From Mobula hypostoma (taxonomy: Eukaryota), in contig NC_086097.1 in NCBI RefSeq assembly GCF_963921235.1, forward strand, positions 43,154,001 through 43,218,000: a stretch of DNA of 64,000 nt, read 5' to 3'. Shown one piece after another: positions 35,475 to 49,286 of the stretch. The first letter of the stretch is position 1. Each line of letters begins with the position of its first letter. A program made the position numbers and the translations under genes. The notes beneath the pieces were generated by a model that saw nothing but the letters and a program-made list of their open reading frames with translations, had not been told where the DNA came from and did no database searches.

Positions 35475-36262
35475 GAAAACAGATTATTATCTGAATGGTG
35501 GCCGATTAGGAAAAGGGGAGGTGCAACGAGACCTGGGTGTCATTATACACCAGTCATTGAAAGTGGGCATGCAGGTACAGCAGGCAGTGAAAAAGGCGAA
35601 TGGTATGCTGGCATTTATAGCGAGAGGATTCGAGTACAGGAGCAGGGAGGTACTACTGCAGTTGTACAAGGCCTTGGTAAGACCACACCTGGAGTATTGT
35701 GTGCAGTTTTGGTCCCCTAATCTGAGGAAAGACATCTTTGCCATAGAGGGAGTACAAAGAAGGTTCACCAGATTGATTCCTGGGATGGCGGGACTTTCAT
35801 ATGAAGAAAGACTGGATGAATTGGGCTTGTACTCGTTGGAATTTAGAAGATTGAGGGGGGATCTGATTGAAATGTATAAGATTCTAAAGGGATTGGACAG
35901 GCTAGATGCAGGAAGATTGTTCCCGATGTTGGGGAAGTCCAGAACGAGGGGTCACAGTTTGAGGATAGAGGGGAAGCCTTTTAGGACCGAGATTAGGAAA
36001 AACTTCTTCACACAGAGAGTGGTGAATCTGTGGAATTCTCTGCCACAGGAAACTGTTGAGGCCAGTTCATTGGCTATATTTAAGAGGGAGTTAGATATGG
36101 CCCTTGTGGCTACGGGGGTCAGGGGGTATGGAGGGAAGGCTGGGGCGGGGTTCTGAGTTGGATGATCAGCCATGATCATAATAAATGGCGGTGCAGGCTC
36201 GAAGGGCCGAATGGCCTACTCCTGCACCTATTTTCTATGTTTCTATATTTCTATGTTTCTAT
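35475..36262 (+). mobile_element. Young CR1 LINE family C, 3' fragment
   Basis: Uninterrupted 228-aa RT C-terminal ORF, near-identical to 58580-59353; (TTCTATGT)n tail. Confidence 0.93.
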
Positions 36263-36982
36263 TCAGAGAACCATGTTATTTTTTCAATTATTAAATTATA
36301 TTATTCTTAAAAGATAACTTATCCAACTGTTTCCATTAGCATTCAAAGATGCATAAGAATGCCTTAAAATTAGTAACTCAGATGTTTATAAAATAATTTG
36401 TGCAGTATTGTAGAACACGGAACATCACAGCAACAGGTCCTTCAGCCCAGCTCGTCTGTGCTGAATATGATACCAAATTAAACTTTTTTTTTACCTGTGC
36501 AGGATCTATTCCCTGCATATTCATGTGCCTAACTGAAAGTCTCAAACGCCACTATCAAATCTGCTTCTTCACAGTGATACTTAAGGCTCAGTGATTTCTA
36601 AAAATGAGTTACCCACACTTGTCCTTTAAACCTGATACCCTCCCCCCTCACTGTAAATGCATGTCGTCTAGTATATGAATTTTAAGTATTTAGTGATTTA
36701 GTATCACTTTTAAGAGCTTACTATTTTCCATATCTAATTCTGCTGTGTTAATATTTATAAAATATTATAACATTAATTTTGGCATTGCTGAGTATAAATT
36801 AAGAACAATCTGCTACATGAACAAATAAAACCGCTCACTCAATTATTCTTAAAGCTAACAACTTTCTGTAGTTACGGGCTTTGGCAAATATAGTTTTGGA
36901 TTACAAGAGTGTACAGGTTTTCAGTGAATCACTGCAGATCCTTTGAGAATATCGTCTATCATTTCAAATTTTTATTTGCTAG

Positions 36983-37095
36983 GGTACAGTCACTCGATCA
37001 AATCCCTGTTGGCCGCTCTTGGCATTCACTCACTACTATCTCAAATGATCATCTCTTCCTGTTTGGAGGTTTCACAACTGACAAACAACCGTTAA
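36983..37095 (+). CDS. KLHDC2: KLHDC2 coding exon 9
   Basis: TGCTAG| VQSLDQIPVGRSWHSLTTISNDHLFLFGGFTTDKQPL(S) |GTATGT. Confidence 0.93.
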
Positions 37096-37584
37096 GTATG
37101 TTTCACTCTTATTTTGCTGCATTAATCATTTGCTAGCAGAGAACTTTTAGAGATTTGTTAGAGATGTGCTGTTCATTTAAATTGTAATATGGTCCAAGTG
37201 GTCTTTTCCCCTCGAGATAGTCATATTTATGTTTCTGTTGTTATTAATTAAATGGATGCAGTTATTTTTATGAAAATTGCATAGATCCAAGCTCTTCAAT
37301 AAATAAACTGTTAACACTTCGTGATAGAAACTTGTGTGGAAACATTTTTAAAGATGTAGAGTGCAGTGCATCTTTCTGGGCACCCAACTCAATTTTTTGT
37401 AAATATTTGTATTCAGGTTCTGGATAAAATTACCATGACTGTGACAAGAAGATTGTGGAAACCATATGTTAGTAAAATTCAATCTGTGTGAATTGGTGAA
37501 GGGAAATTGTAAATCAGCATACTTGTGGTTAATGTAAAAGTGTGCTTCAAGATTTCACTAATTGCACAAGTTGTTTGTTTTTAG

Positions 37585-37657
37585 GTGATGCCTGGATATA
37601 CAGTCTGAGCAAGAATGAATGGTTAAAGGTAGAACACAATTATTCTGACAAACCAAG
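37585..37657 (+). CDS. KLHDC2: KLHDC2 coding exon 10
   Basis: TTTTAG| DAWIYSLSKNEWLKVEHNYSDKP(R) |GTAAAA. Confidence 0.92.
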
Positions 37658-38084
37658 GTAAAAGCATGAATTGAAGACCATCTATAAAAAATTGCTTTAA
37701 TCCTCTCTTTTTTTCCCATGGGTTCATCTTGTGTATCTTTTAATTTTTGTATCAGGTTTTAAACATGCCAGGTTCAACAGTACAATGCATCCCTTCAGCC
37801 TTGAGTAATGTTGTTTGTTTGATTCACTTGAAGCTAATAATGTTGATCTTATCCAAGTGGTTGCTCTGACAGCAATGGCAAAAGAAAACCTGATTTTGCA
37901 GCTTTCCTTTACTCAGGAGTCTGGCAATATCATCTTCCAATGAAGTCATGTGGCCATCTCTAGATAGAATTTATGCAGAATTCTCATTGACAGTAGAGAG
38001 GGTGGTTTCATTTACTCTGTTAAGTAAGACTGTGGTGCTTGTCAAAGTACACTTTTTAAAAAAATACCCTTAATTTAATGCATT

Positions 38085-41000
38085 TCTCCAACAATAAGTA
38101 CTCCTGTTTGAGTACTGTTGGGGGAGACAGCCTATGTGGAGGAAGCAACAGTGCCCGTGCCTCTGGTATAGAAGCCCTGTGGCTCAGAAGGGTAGGGAAA
38201 GGAAGAGGATGGCAGCAGTGATGGGGGACTCTATAGTTGGGGGGGGGGTAGACAGGTGATTCTGTAGACGCAGGAAAGAAACGCGGATGGTAGTTTGCCT
38301 CCCAGGTGCCAGGGTCCAGGATGTTTCTGATCGTGTCCATGATATCTTGAAGTGGGAACAAGTACAGCCAGAGGTTGTGGTACATATTGGTACCAATGAC
38401 ATGGGTAGGAAAGGGGGAGAGGTCCTGAAAACAGACTATAGGGAGTTAGGAAGGAGGTTGAGAGCAGGACCTCAAAGGTAGTAATCTTGGGATTACTGCC
38501 TGTGCCACGTGACAGTGAGTATAGGAATAGAATGAGGTGGAGGATAAATGTGTGGCTGAGGAATTGGAGCAGGGGGCAGGGATTCAGATTTCTGGATCAT
38601 TGGGACCTCTTTTGGGGCAGGTGTGACCTGTACAAAAAGGACGGGTTGCACTTGAATCCGAGGGGGACCAATATACTGGTGGGGAGGTTTGCTAAGGGCA
38701 TTGGGGAGAGTTTAAACGAGAATTGCTGGGGGGTGAGAGCCGAACTGAAGAGATGGAGGAAGGAGCGGTTGGCTCACAAATAGAGAAAGCTTGGAGACAG
38801 TGCGAGAGGGAGGATAGGCAGGTGATAGAGAAGGTACGTCCTCAGACTGAAGGTTTGAGAGGTGTCTATTTTAATGCAAGGAGTATTATGAACAAAGCAG
38901 ATGAACTTAGAGCGTGGATCAGCACTTAGAGCTATGATGTTTTGGCCATTACAGAGATCTGGATGGTGCAGGGGCAGGAATGGCTACTTCAGGTGCCAGG
39001 CTTTAGATGTTTCAGAAAGGACAAGCAGGGAGGCAAGAGGTGGGGGTGTGGCCCTGCTGATCAGAGATGGTGTCACGGCTGCAGAAAAGGAGGAAGTCAT
39101 GGAGGGGTTGTCTACGGAATCTCTGTGGGTGGAAGTTAGGAATAGGAAGGGGTCAATAACTCTACTGGGTGTTTTTTTTATATAGACCACCCAATAGTAA
39201 CAGGGATATCGAGGAGCAGATAAAGAGACAGATTGTAATAATAAGAGTTGTTGTGGTGGGAGATTTTAATTTCCCAAATATTGATTGGCATCTCCCTAGA
39301 GTGAGGGGTTTAGATGGGGTGGAGTTTGTTAGATGTGTTCAGGAAGGTTTCTTGACACAATATGTAGATAAGCCTACAAGAGGAGAGGCTGTACTTGATG
39401 TGGTTTTGGGGAATGAACCTGGTCAGGTGTCAGATTTCTCAGTGGGAGAGCATTTTGGAGATGGTGATCACAATTCTATCTCCTTTACTATAACATTGGA
39501 GAAGGATAGGAACAGACAAGTTAGGGAAACGTTTAATTGGAGTAAGGGGAAATATGAGGCTATCAGGCAGAAACTTGGAAGCTTAGAAACATGGAATTAT
39601 GATGTAGTGGCCATTACAGAGACTTGGCTGGCACCAGGGCAGGAATGAATTCTCAATATTCCTGGATTTCAGTGCTTTAAAAGGGATAGAGAAGGGGGGA
39701 AAGGGGAGGAGGGGTGGCATTACTGGTCAGGGATACTATTACAGCTACAGAAAGGGTGGGTAATGTAGCAGGATCCTCTTTTGAGTCAGTATGGGTGGAA
39801 GTCAGGAACAGGAAGGGAGCAGTTACTCCATTGGGAGTATTCTATAGGCCCCCTGGTAGCAGCAGCAGATACCGAGGAGCAGATTGGGAGGCAGATTTTT
39901 GAAAGGTGCAAAAATAACAGGGTTGTTACCATGGGTGACTTTAACTTCCCTGATATTGATTGGCACCTGATGAGTTCCAAGGGTTTAGATGCGGCAGAGT
40001 TTAAGTGTATCCAGGACAGATTCCTGTCATAGTACATTGACAGGCCGACTAGGGGGAATGCCATACTGGATCTAGTATTAGGTAACGAACCGGGTCAGGT
40101 CACAGATCTCTCAGTGGGTGAGCATCTGGGGGACAGTGACCACTGCTCCCTGGCCTTCAGCATTATCATGCAAAAGGATAGAATCAGAGAGGACAGGAAA
40201 ATTTTTAATTGGGGAAGGGCAAATTATGAGGCTATAAGGCTAGAACTTACGGGTGTGAATTGGGATGATGTTTTTGCAGGGAAATGTATTATGGACATGT
40301 GGTCAATGTTTACAGATCTCCTGCAGGATGTTAGGGATAAATTTGTCCCGGTGAGGAAGATAAAGAATGGTAGGGTGAAGGAACCATGGGTGACAAGTGA
40401 GGTGGAAAATCTAGTCAGGTGGAAGAAGGCAGCATACATGAGGTTTAGGAAGCAAGGATCAGATGGGTCTATTGAGGAATATAGAGTAGCAAGAAAGGAG
40501 CTTAAGAAGGGGCTGAGAAGAGCAAGAAGGGGGCATGAGAAGGCCTTGGCAAGTAGGGTAAAGGAAAACCCCAAGCATTCTTCAATTGTGAAGAACAAAA
40601 GGATGACAGGAGTGAAGGTAGGACCGACTAGAGATAAAGGTGGGAAGATGTGCCTGGAGGCTATGGAAGTGAGCGAGGTCCTCATTGAATACTTCTCTTC
40701 GGTATTCACCAATGAGAGGGAACTTGATGGTGAGGACAATATTAGTGAGGTTGATGTTCTGGAGCATGCTGATATTAAGGGAGAGGAGGTGTTGGAGTTG
40801 TTAAAATACATTAGGACGGATAAGTCCCCGGGGCCTGATGGAATATTCCCCAGGCTGCTCCACGAGGCGAGGGAAGAGATTGCTGAGCCTCTGGCTAGGA
40901 TCTTTATGTCCTCATTGTCCATGGAAATGGTACCGGAGGATTGGAGGGAGGCGAATGTTGTCCCTTTGTTCAAAAAAGGTAGTAGGGATAGTCTGGGTAA

Positions 41001-44000
41001 TTATAGATCAGTGAGCCTTGCGTCTGTGGTGGGAAAGCTGTTGGAAAAGATTCTTAGAGATAGGATCTCTGGGCATTTAGAGAATCATGGTCTGATCAGG
41101 GACAGTCAGCATGGCTTTGTGAAGGGCAGATCGTGTCTAACAAGCCTAATAGTGTTCTTTGATGAGGTGACCAGGCATATAGATGAGGGTAGTGTGATGA
41201 ATGTGATCTACATGGATTTTAGTAAGGCATTTGACAAGGTTCCACATAGTAGGCTTATTCAGAAAGTCAGAAGGCATGGGATCCAGGGAAGTTTGGCCAG
41301 GTGGATTCAGAATTGGCTTGCCTGCAGAAGGCAGAGGGTCGTGGTGGAGGGAGTACATTCGGATTGGAGCGTTGTGACTAGTGGCGTCCCACAAGGATCG
41401 GTTCTGGGACCTCCACTTTTCGTGATTTTTATTAATGACCTGGATGTGGGGGTAAAAGGGTGGGTTGGCAAATTTGCAGACGACACAAAGGTTGGTGGTG
41501 GTGTGGATAGTGTAGAGGATTGTCAAAGATTGCAGAGAGACATTGATAGGATGCAGAAGTGGGCTGAGAAGTGGCAGATGGAGTTCAACCCGGAGAAGTG
41601 TGAGGTGGTACACTTTGGAAGGACAAACTCCAAGGCAGAGTACAAAGTAAATGGCAGGATACTTGGTAGTGTGGAGGAGCAGAGGGATCTGTGGGTACAT
41701 GTCCACAGATCCCTGAAAGTTGCCTCACAGGTAGATAGGGTAGTTAAGAAAGCTTATGGGGTGTTAGCTTTCATAAGTCGAGGGATAGAGTTTAAGAGTC
41801 GCGAGGTAATGATGCAGCTCTATAAAACTCTGGTTAGGCCACACTTGGAGAACTGTGTCCAGTTTTAGTCGCCTCGCTATAGGAAGGATGTGGAAGCATT
41901 GGAAAGGGTACAGAGGAGATTTACCAGGATGCTGCCTGGTTTAGAGAGTATGGATTATGATCAGAGATTAAGGGAGCTAGGGCTTTACTCTTTGGAGAGA
42001 AGGAGGATGAGAGGAGACATGATAGAGGTGTACAAGATATTAAGAGGAATAGATGGAGTGGATAGCCAGTGCCTCTTCCCCAGAGCACCACTGCTCAATA
42101 CAAGAGGACATGGCTTTAAGGTAAGGGGTGAGAAGTTCAAAGGGGATATTAGAGGAAGGTTTTTTACTCAGAGAGTGGTTGGTGCGTGGAATGCACTGCC
42201 TGAGTCAGTGGTGGAGGCAGATACACTAGTGAAATTTAAGAGACTACTAGACAGGTATATGGAGGAATTTAAGGTAGAGTGTTATATGGGAGGCAGGGTT
42301 TGAGGGTCGGCACATTGTGGGCTGAAGGGCGTGTACTGTGCTGTACTATTCTGTGTTCTTTAAATTGGAAACAGATGTTCTCAGGGAAACGTACAGAAAA
42401 AATGTGGCAAATGTTCAGGGGATATTTGCGTGGGGTTCTGCATAGGTACTTTCCAATGAGATAGGGAAAGGATGGTAGGGTACAGTAACCGTGCTGTACA
42501 AAGGCTGTGGTAAATCTTGTCAAGAAGGAAAGAAGAGCTTATGAAAGGTTCAAAAACTAGATAATAATAGAGATCTGGAAGAGTTGTAAGGCTAGCAGGA
42601 AGGAGCTTAAGAGTGAAATTAGGAGAGCCAGAAAATGCCTTGAGAAGGCCTTGGCAAGCAGGATATTTGGAACCGGAGGAGATAGCAGAGGTACCTAGTG
42701 AGTACTTTGCTTCAGTATTCACTACAGAAAAGGATCTTGGTGATTATAGGGATGACTTGCAGTGGACTGAAAAACTTGAGCATGTCGCTATTAAGGAAGA
42801 GGATATGCAGGAGCTTTTGGAAAGCATCAAGTTGGATAAGTCACCGGGACCAGATGGGATGTACCTTAGGCTACTGTGGGAAGCGAGGGCAGAGATTGCT
42901 GAGCCTCTGGCAATGATCTTTGCATCACCAATGAAGACTGGAGATGTTCCGGAGGATTGGAGGGTTGCGGATGTTCAAGAAAGGGAGTAGAGATAGCCCA
43001 GGAAATTATAGGTCAGTGAGTCTTACTTCAGTGGTTGGTAAGTTGATGGAGAAGATCCTGAGAGGCAGGATATGAACATTTGGAGAGGCATAATATGATT
43101 AGGAATAGTCAGCATGGCTTTGTCAAAGGCAGGTCATGCCTTACGAGCCTGATTGAATTTTTTTTAGGATGTGACTAAGCACATTGATGAAGGTAGAGCC
43201 ATAGATGTAGTGTATATGGATTTCAGCAAGGCATTTGATAAGGTACCTCATGCAAGGCTTAGTGAGAAAGTAAGGAGGCATGGGATCCAAGGGGACATTG
43301 CTTTGTGGATCCAGAACTGGCTTGCCCACAGAAGGCAAAGAGTGTTTGTAGATGGGTCATATTCTGCATGGAGGTCAGTGACCAATGGTGTGCCTTAGGG
43401 ATCTGGGACCCCCTACTCTTCGTAATTTTTATAAATGACCTGAATGAGGAAGTGGAGGGATGGGTTAGTAAATTTGCTGATGACACAAAGGTTGGGTGTT
43501 TTGTAGATAGTGTGGAGGGCTGTCAGAGGTTACAGTGGGACATTGATAGGATGCAAAACTGAGCTGAGAAGTGGCAGATGGAGTTCAACCCAGATAAGTG
43601 TGAGGTGGTTCATTTTGGTAGGTCAAATACGATGGCAGAATATAGTATTAATGTTAAGACTCTTGGCAGTGTGAAGGATCAGAGGGATCTTGGGGTCCGA
43701 GTCCATAGGGCGCTCAAAGCTGCTATGCAGGTTGACTCTGTGGTTAGGAAGGTGCATTGGCCTTCATCAACCATGAGATTGAGTTCAAGAGCTGAGAGGT
43801 AATGTTGCAGCTCTATAGGACCCTGGTCAGACCCCACCTGGAGTTCTGTACTCAATTCTGGTCGCCTCACTACAGGAAGGATGTGGAAACCATAGAAAGG
43901 GTGCAGAGGAGATTTACAAGGATGTTGCCTGGATTGGGGAGCATGCCTTATGAGAATAGGTTGAGTGAACTTGGCCTTTTCTCCTTGGAGCGACAGGGGA

Positions 44001-44373
44001 TGAGAGGTGACTTGATAGAGGTGTACAAGATAATGAGAGGCATTGATCGTGTGGACAGTCAGAGGCTTTTTCCCAGGGCTGAAATGGCTTAGCACGAGAG
44101 GGTATAGTTTTAAGGTGCTTAGAAGTTGGTACAGAGGAGATGTCAGGGGTAAGTTTTTTACGCAGAGAGTGATGAGTGCGTGGAATGGGCTGCTGGTGAC
44201 GGTGGTGGAGGCGGAAACGTTAGGGTCTTTTAAGGGACTCCTGGATGGGTACATGGAGCTTAGAAAAATAGAGGACTATGGGTAAGCCTAGGTAGTTCTA
44301 AGGTAAGGACATGTTCAGCACAGCTTTGTGGGCCGAAGGGCCTGTATTGTGCTGTAGGTTTTCTATGTTTCTA
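38085..44373 (+). mobile_element. Long CR1 family A element (ORF1 SGNH esterase, APE, RT, tail) split by a nested CR1 at 39586-42358
   Basis: ORF1 GDS, VVVHIGTND and DGLHLN esterase motifs; APE YFNARS and VGDFNFP. RT resumes at 42359. TTCTATGT tail near 44370. Confidence 0.9.
39586..42358 (+). mobile_element. Nested CR1 family B element (APE to 3' end), with 584-aa ORF2 fragment at 40114-41868
   Basis: Begins within APE (WNYDVVAITETWL). RT motifs GVPQGSVLGP and KFADD. Own 3' tail CTATTCTGTGTTCT. Host sequence GGAAGCTTA|AATTGG resumes after it. Confidence 0.9.
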
Positions 44374-45670
44374 AACATTACAAATTAGTCATATAGCATG
44401 AGAATGGGCCTTTGGCCCACGTGGTCTGTGATGACCATAAAGCAGCCATTGACTTCATTCCCACACTCATTTTATTTATTCTCACACATTCCCAGCATCG
44501 CCCCTCAGAATGCTCTGAGGCAGAAGCTGTATTGCACTTCAACATCAGAAATTGCAAACCATCAGCAGGCAGATGCAGCAAGTGGTTAGGCTGGGGAATG
44601 ATATATTGACTGTTATTGCAAGAAGATAAATGTTTAGGAATAGGGAAGCATTGGTAGAATTGTACAGTGATAGGGCCATCCCTTTGTTTAAGAAGGTATT
44701 TACTGGTATTAGAGAAATTCCAAAGGAGATTCACTTGGCTAATTGCTGAGATGGAAGGAAATTGAGGATATAGGGACCTGGCATAGTACAGAGGAGTCCT
44801 GGGGCAGATCAGCCATTAATTTCTGATTCAGTGTGATGCAGCTTAAAATGGTTAAGAATCTGGGTTCTCATAACGAGCCTAGAGATGTCAGACCATTGCT
44901 GATTGTTACACCTGCAGGGAAGGGCAATAGGGGGAGAGATCCTAAATGAGTACTTTGCATTGGTATTCATCAAGGAGAATGACATGATGGACTGTGTTCA
45001 TATTCTAAGACTTATTAATATTGAGGATTGGGTGTCTTGAAAAACATCAAGATGGGTAAGTCCCTTAAGTCTGATGGAATCTATCCCAGCATACTGAGGT
45101 GGCAAGGGAGGAGATTGCAGGGTGTTCAGTGGAGATCTTTATATCCTATTAAGCCACAGGTGAGGTCCTTGGAGGCTTTCGAATAGCCTTAGTTTCTTTG
45201 CTTAAGAAGGGCAGTAAGATAGTCTTGAAATTTAAAGGCTGATAAGCCTTGCAACAGTCATAGGAAAGCTATTAGACTTCCAAGGGATAAGATTTGCCAA
45301 AGTTCCCCCAAGGTTCAGTGTTGGGATCTATGTTTGTTTTATTTATTTATATATATATATAATTTATTTTGTTATATATTTTATTTGAATGTGGGTGTTC
45401 TGATCAGCAGATTTGGGGGGACATCAGACTGATTGCATTATCTTGTTTCTAATCTGAACCATGCTGTGCAGAGATATCTGCCTTTAGTCAGACTGTTAAA
45501 TTTCCTCTGATTTATCTATCAAGAGTTGGGCCGACCAGGCATCGATTCAATATTCCTGTGTAGCCAGAGATGACACAGCATATACAAAGGGAACTTAAAA
45601 GTAGTTGGAAGAAAATGGAGGATACCTGGATCTTCTCTTTTTTCCCCCTCACACAAACTGATACAGCATC

Positions 45671-46343
45671 GATACCCGATGCAGACTGGGAGACCGCTTT
45701 GCTGAACATCTACGCTCTGTCCGCCAGAGAAAGCAGGATCTCCCACTGGCCACACATTTTAATTCCACATCCCATTCCCATTCTGACATGTCTATCCATG
45801 GCCTCCTCTACTGTAAAGATGAAGCCACACTCAGGTTGGAGGAACAACACCTTATATTCCGTCTGGGTAGCCTCCAACCTGACGGTATGAACATCGACTT
45901 CTCTAATTTCCGCTAAGGCCCCACCTCCCCCTCGTACCCCATCTGTTACTTATTTTTATGCACACATTCTTTCTCTCACTCTCCTTTTTCTCCCTCTGTC
46001 CTTCTGAATATACCTCTTGCCCATCCTCTGGGTCCCCCCCGCCTTGTCTTTCTTCCCGGTCCTCCTGTCCCATGATCCTCTCATATCCCCTTTTGCCTAT
46101 CACCTGTCCAGCTCTTGGCTCTATCCCTCCCCCTCCTGTCTTCTCCTATCATTTTGGATCTCCCCCCTCCCCCTCCAACTTTCAAATCCCTTACTCACTC
46201 TTCCTTCAGTTAGGCCTGACGAAGGGTCTCGGCCTGAAACGTCGACTGCACCTCTTCCTAGAGATGCTGCCTGGCCTGCTGTGTTCACCAGCAACTTTAA
46301 TGTGTGTTGCTTGAATTTCCAGCATCTGCAGAATTCCTGTTGT
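45671..46343 (+). mobile_element. Penelope-like element 3' part (partial GIY-YIG, pseudo-LTR, hammerhead motif)
   Basis: Closely matches 3378-4010. CTGACGA..GAAACGTC at 46216-46243. Possible 7-bp TSD CAGCATC (45664-70 and 46344-50). Confidence 0.88.
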
Positions 46344-46575
46344 CAGCATCAAACTGTGTTGCTTCAGATCAATTTTTACCATTTTGCTCTTGTTAACAGT
46401 TTTCCTATGTGATTCTGCAATTCAACATACAATTTTACATATACATAGATAAGGAAATAGAAATAGTGATGTCCCTTGCCTTCATTGGGGAAAGTGACAT
46501 ATAATTGAAATAAACATTAAAATCCTTTCAAGCAACACCATGAATGTTATTACTAATTTTATTATTTATCTTCAG

Positions 46576-46663
46576 GCTTTGGCATTCTGCTTGTACAAAT
46601 GATGAGGCAGAAGTGATTGTTTTTGGCGGATGTGCTAACAATTTGTTAGCTCGACAACAAGCA
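46576..46663 (+). CDS. KLHDC2: KLHDC2 coding exon 11
   Basis: CTTCAG| LWHSACTNDEAEVIVFGGCANNLLARQQA |GTAAGT. Confidence 0.93.
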
Positions 46664-47529
46664 GTAAGTTCATTGGCAGTTTCTTTAAATGATACCCTCA
46701 TTTTGCCACTTTGTACCCTTGTCTCCCAGGAAAGAAAATTAAGTTTTACTTTAACTGGAAGCTAGCATAGATGTAATTCATCATAAACATTTGTGCAACT
46801 TCATGGTAATGAGTTTCAGTTTTAGAGACCAGTTTGGATCTAAAGATAAAAAGCTTTCCTCATAATTTGATGTTAAAACACCAACAGGTTTGTCGAGACA
46901 AGCATTTTAAGTATATTACAGTAGTTTACCATCCAGTCAGTGATGGTGTAATAAAAAAATTGATTTTGTTATTTTCAAATTAAAATGTTTCATTTATAAA
47001 TATGTTCTGGAAAACTGGCATGCAAGCCAGAATCTTAACCAAAATGACGTGCAAAGTTGTGTCAAGCAAGTTTGTATATTTACCCCAGCACTTTTCTCAG
47101 TCTTTGCTTCAGTGCTGCCCCTCACTGCTAACAGGTTTCATTCTGAAGGAATCTACAGGATAAATGGGAAATTGGCATTCTGGTAGTAAGGTGATCCCAA
47201 CTTCAATCTTTTGGTTGCAATACACAGATGATGCTTGGAAAAATATACAAAATGCTGGAGGAACTCAACAGATTGGGCAGCATCTATGGAAATGAGTAAA
47301 CAGTTGACGTTTTGGGCCAAGGACCTTCAGGAGGACTGAGAGGGAAGGGGGGAAAGGGGGAGAAGCCAGAATTGAACAATGGGGGGGGGGTGGGGAGAGG
47401 CTGGTGGGTTATGCCTGTATACTTTGAGGCTAAGCTGTAAGTCTTCATTGATTGATTCACGAAGGCAAACAAGATATTGAATTCTAAGACTTTGTTTTTA
47501 CCTTCTAAATCATCATTTTTTTTTTGCAG

Positions 47530-47582
47530 GCTCATAGTAATGACATCCTGATCTTCTCAGTACAACCAAAGTCTCTTGTCAG
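47530..47582 (+). CDS. KLHDC2: KLHDC2 coding exon 12
   Basis: TTGCAG| AHSNDILIFSVQPKSLV(R) |GTAGGA. Confidence 0.92.
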
Positions 47583-47625
47583 GTAGGAGAATGATCTTGT
47601 CAGGTAAGGGAATGATCTTGTCAAG
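47574..47625 (+). repeat. 21-bp tandem repeat (2.5 copies) spanning the exon 12 donor
   Basis: TCTTGTCAGGTAGGAGAATGA / TCTTGTCAGGTAAGGGAATGA / TCTTGTCAAG. Confidence 0.9.
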
Positions 47626-48913
47626 CTAAACAGCTTTGAAGGGCTTCTGAGTCTGACAGAATCTTCTACTTTCACCTTTGGGTACATTCAATGTATGAGG
47701 GAGCTAGTTCATTCCAGTTTGGAGTGGAACTGGACAAGAAAATGCAGATGAAGTTTAGTTACTAAAATGGCCAATGCTATGGCTCATTTGGGAGTTTTTT
47801 TTGCCAGGATAAAATGTTAATTTTTATTTGCATCCATTTCCTTAAACTGACTAAAAATGCAAATGGAACAGGTGTCTCACACAGAAGAAAATAGAAGCAA
47901 AGTTAAGCCACTTGGCTGCTGAAGCCTGGCACATGATTCAGTATGATGGCCAATCTGTCCCAGTGTTAAATGCCTCAATTTCCTGACCACTTTTTTTTTG
48001 AAAAAAAGTTATCTGCCCCCCTCTTTAAATATTTAAAAAATTCTAGTCTCTACAACCCTCTCTGACAGAATTCCACATATTCATCACGCTGTGTGAGAAG
48101 TCTCAGTTTTAAATGACAGCTGCTTTACTTTGTAAAAATACTTCCTCCCACCAGTGGAAAATTATCAAACTTGCTATGTAACACCCTCTCTTAGAACATT
48201 ATAGCAGAGTTTAGCCCTTCGGCTCATGATGTTATGCTGACCTTTTAACCAACTTTGTTTTATCTAACCCTTCCCTCTTACATAACCATTCATTATTCTA
48301 TGATCCATGTTCTATTTTAAGTTTCTGAAATGCCCCAATGTGTTTGACTCTGCCACCACTCCTGGAAGGATGTTCCATGCACGCAGCAGTGTGTGCGCCT
48401 GTCCGTCCGTCCATCCCCCTCCCCCCCCATATTAGTCATCTCCACTCTGGGAATGCAGTCTTCATCCATTTAAAAATTACCTTTTTGTTTCCTCCTTCCA
48501 GAGTGCAATGATCCCTTCACATTTTCTTATACAAAATTCCATTTGCCAAGTCTGTGCCCATTCACGTAACCCACCTGTACCGTTGTAGGGTGCAAATATC
48601 GCCCTTACAGTATACTCTTATTCCAATTTTTGCGTCATCTGCAACCTTGGATACTTTACACTCTCTTCTCTCCTCCATATCATTATTATTGACAAGGATA
48701 GGCCAAGGGGGACCAAGGATTGATGCGTGTGCCACTCCTTGTTGGATTTCTCCAATCTGAAAAAGACGTACTTACTCTGACTGTCTTCTGTGCAGTAACT
48801 AGTTTTTAATCTATGATAACACACTTGCAAATTTCTGTAAATGAAAATACACTGCATTTCCAGATGTCTTTTTGTTCCATCCTTAAAGTACTTCAGCAAA
48901 TCTGTTAAAGATA

Positions 48914-49120
48914 ATAGAAACATAGAAAACCTACAGCACAATACAGGCCCTTCGGCCCACAAAGTTGTGCCGAATGTGTCCCTACCTTAGAAATTACTAG
49001 GGTTACCCGTTTTTGTAAGCTTCATGTACCTATCCAAAAGTCTCTTAAAAGACCCTATCGTGTCTGCCTCCATCACTGTTGCTGGCAGCCCATTCCATGC
49101 ACTCACCACTCTGTGTGTAA

Positions 49121-49208
<88 letters not shown>

Positions 49209-49237
49209 AGAACTTGCCCCTGACATCTCCTCTGCAC

Positions 49238-49286
<49 letters not shown>

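Noticed and set aside
40114..41868. 584-aa ORF as a host gene or an active element
   Set aside because: It is a CR1 ORF2 fragment bounded by premature stops, lacking ORF1 and an intact APE start.
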